A stretch of DNA of 64,000 nucleotides from Okamejei kenojei (taxonomy: Eukaryota): the NCBI GenBank assembly GCA_035221665.1, contig JAVHYY010000050.1, forward strand, positions 1 through 64,000, in the 5' to 3' direction. This document shows positions 61,740 to 64,000 of the stretch, piece by piece. The translations under genes and the position numbers were made by a program. Under the pieces are notes generated by a model, which worked only from the letters and a program-made list of their open reading frames with translations, ran no database searches and was not told the origin of the DNA. Position 1 is the first letter of the stretch. Every line of letters starts with the position of its first letter.

Positions 61740-62920
61740 TCAGTACCCCGTTCCTGCTTTATCCCCAAACCCCTTGTTTCCTTTAGCTCTAAGAGCTAAA
61801 TCTAACTCTCTCGTGAAATCTTCCAGTGAATTGGCCTCCACTACCATGTGTTAGAGTGCTCCACAGATTCACAACTCTCTGGGTGAAACACATGTTCCGC
61901 ATCTCATTCCTAAGTTATTTTGGGCCTTTGTGAGACCGCATTTATGAGCGATCTTGGTCTTCTAATTTGTGGAAGGACATGATTGCTATTGAGGAAGTGC
62001 AGCGTCGGTTCTCGATGTTAATTCCCGTGATGGCGGGACTGACATATGAAGAAATAATGGGTTGAGTGTGCTTGTATTCACTGGCATTTTGAAGGATGAG
62101 AGGATATCTTATAGAAACATATAACATTCTTAAAGGGTTGGATAGGCTAGATGCAAGAAACATGTTCCCGATGTTGCGGGAGTTCAGAGCAAGGGGCAAA
62201 AAGTTTAAGAACAAGATAGGCCATTTAGGAGTGAGATGAGGGAAAATCTCTTTCACCCAGAGTGTTGTGAATCTGTGGAATTCTCTGCCACAGAATAGAG
62301 TGGAGGACAATTCACTGGATGTTTCAAGATATAGTTAGATTTAGCTCTTGGGACTAAAGGATTCAAGGGATATGGGGCATACACAGGAACAGGTTCTGAT
62401 TTTAGATGATCAGCCATGATGAAATTGAATGGCGGTGCTGTCTCGAAGGACCGAACGGCCTACTCCTGCATCGAATTTTCTGTTTTTCTGCTTCTAAATG
62501 GCCTACCACTTATTTTTAAACTGGTACCTCTGTTTCTGGACTCCCTCAATATCAGGAACATTTTTCCTGCATCTAGCCGATCCAATATGCTTGCTATTGA
62601 GGCAATGCAAGCGTTCGTTCACAATGTTAATTCCCGGGATGGTGGGGCTGTTAAATGCTGAGAGATGGAGCGGCTGAGCTTGTATACTCTGGAATTTAGA
62701 AGGATGAGAGGAGATATTATTAAACATATAAGATATTAAGGTTTTGACACGCTAGGGGCACGAACCATGTTCCCGATGTTGGGGGCGTCGAGAACCAGGG
62801 GCCACAGGTTGAGAATAAGGTTGACAAACATGCTGGATGCACACTCAGCGGGTGCAGCAGCATCGATGGAGCGAAGGAAATAGGCAACGTTTTGGGCTGA
62901 AACCTTTCTTCAGTCCTTAT
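61740..62920. mobile_element. Mixed CR1 3' fragments and a Penelope pLTR head
   Basis: CR1 C-terminal motifs on both strands; CTCAGCGGGTGCAGCAGCATC pLTR head at about 62845-62912. Confidence 0.7.
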
Positions 62921-64000
62921 TCTTCGGAATAAGGTTATTTTGAATATTGCATGGAGAACGGTGGATGTTTGTTCAAAAGTGTGTAAGTAATGTCCACAGG
63001 GATGTAATCTCGTTGCCTGTTTTTCCCTTTACTTACTTTATAAATATGCCAGATATTTATTTGTTTCGCTGGCAACCGCTGAGCGGCTGCACAAGGAGTG
63101 ATTGCCTGGACCTGCGCATTCAAATGCATACTATTTCGATCGCGGGCAAAATAGAACGTGTGTATTATCCGATTCTGGCAGCAATCGGTATACCTGGTAT
63201 GTAATTGTCGGAACATCGCATGGAACTAACAAAGACTGTTTGAAAAGCACAGAGTATTAAGAGAATATTAAGAGTATTAAGGTTAAGAGAACATACCGAG
63301 TAGCATGGATTAGGGCGGAACGCTGGCGCCGCGCTTGAGCAATTGTCCTACAGCGCTTGTCTGTACGGATTTGTATGTTCTCCCCGTATCCTTTTGGGGT
63401 TTCCCCGCGATCTTCGGTTTCCTCCCAGGCTCCATAAAAGTAAAATAAATTGCCCCTTGTGTCTGTAGGCTACTGTTAGTGTGCGTGATCGGTGCGGATT
63501 AGGTGGGCCGGTGGTCGTGTCTTCGCACTGTATCCCTAACCTAAAATAAAGTAAGCGATGTGCATGTTAGGAGCGAGGAAGCGCGTTGGTATATTTGATG
63601 GATGCCGCTCATTGAAGCTGGCGGAAATGTAGCCCTCGCGGCTTTTTCTACAATCAATCCCCGTACTTGCGCTTTTGGGAGGTGAAACGCAATTTCGTCT
63701 TCGCTATGAGTGATAGTTTATTTCCCAATGTGATACTGCACTCGGCAGAACGAGAGATACACCCCGTCCAGTCATTTGGCACTGCATTTTCTGTATCGCT
63801 CTTAAAATCTCATAGGGATAATTTCGCAGTGACAGATTTGAATGTCGTAGGAACAACCTGCTCAACAAAAAAGGAGTACAGATAATATAAACTACAAGTG
63901 CAGCAATCCAGTGACAACAAATAACTGGTTAACTCAGCCAGTCTTGCAGCATCTCTGGAGGACCGACGCAGTCGAGGTATCGGGTTGGGATCATTCTTCC

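Larger units (their letters stand above)
44046..64000 (+). repeat. Segmental duplication unit containing cassette 2, paralogous to about 50-16700
   Basis: Colinear matches: 50-520 vs 44120-44630; 6950-7760 vs 44640-45490; 7940-12380 vs 49350-53790; 15800-16700 vs 62960-64000. The copies differ mainly by TE insertions. Confidence 0.88.

Noticed and set aside
1-64000. Constant-region exons (C-delta, IgNAR C), tRNA/rRNA genes, CRISPR arrays
   Set aside because: No C1-set exon was found; the tRNA-like boxes belong to SINE heads; no repeat-spacer arrays in this eukaryotic DNA

Overview
Eukaryotic, repeat-rich DNA from a cartilaginous fish (HE1-type SINEs, CR1, Rex1/Babar, Penelope, DIRS1 and Tc1 elements; possibly a skate or ray, species not determinable here). 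The core content is part of a T-cell receptor delta locus on the minus strand with two tandem NAR-TCR cassettes. Each has a leader exon, an IgNAR-like V (no CDR2, extra FR1 Cys, 22-bp RSS), one D (12/12 RSS) and one J (23-bp RSS). The J splice donor is in phase with a leaderless 'supporting' TCR-delta V that has an extra CDR1 Cys and its own 23-bp RSS. Cassette 1 (11927->7054) is intact. Cassette 2 (53308->44740) has an intact NAR V-D-J, but its supporting V is frameshifted, possibly by consensus errors. A third, orphan and noisy supporting-V copy lies at about 39.1-39.4 kb. The cassettes sit in a large segmental duplication (about 50-16.7 kb versus about 44.1-64 kb). No D-delta, J-delta or C-delta is present; these would be expected to the left of the window. 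Also notable are a structurally complete DIRS1 element, Penelope elements with minimal hammerhead motifs (including a 227-bp palindromic mini-element) and a Tc1 transposon just upstream of the second NAR V. Repeat boundaries are approximate; immune-segment coordinates were counted by hand.
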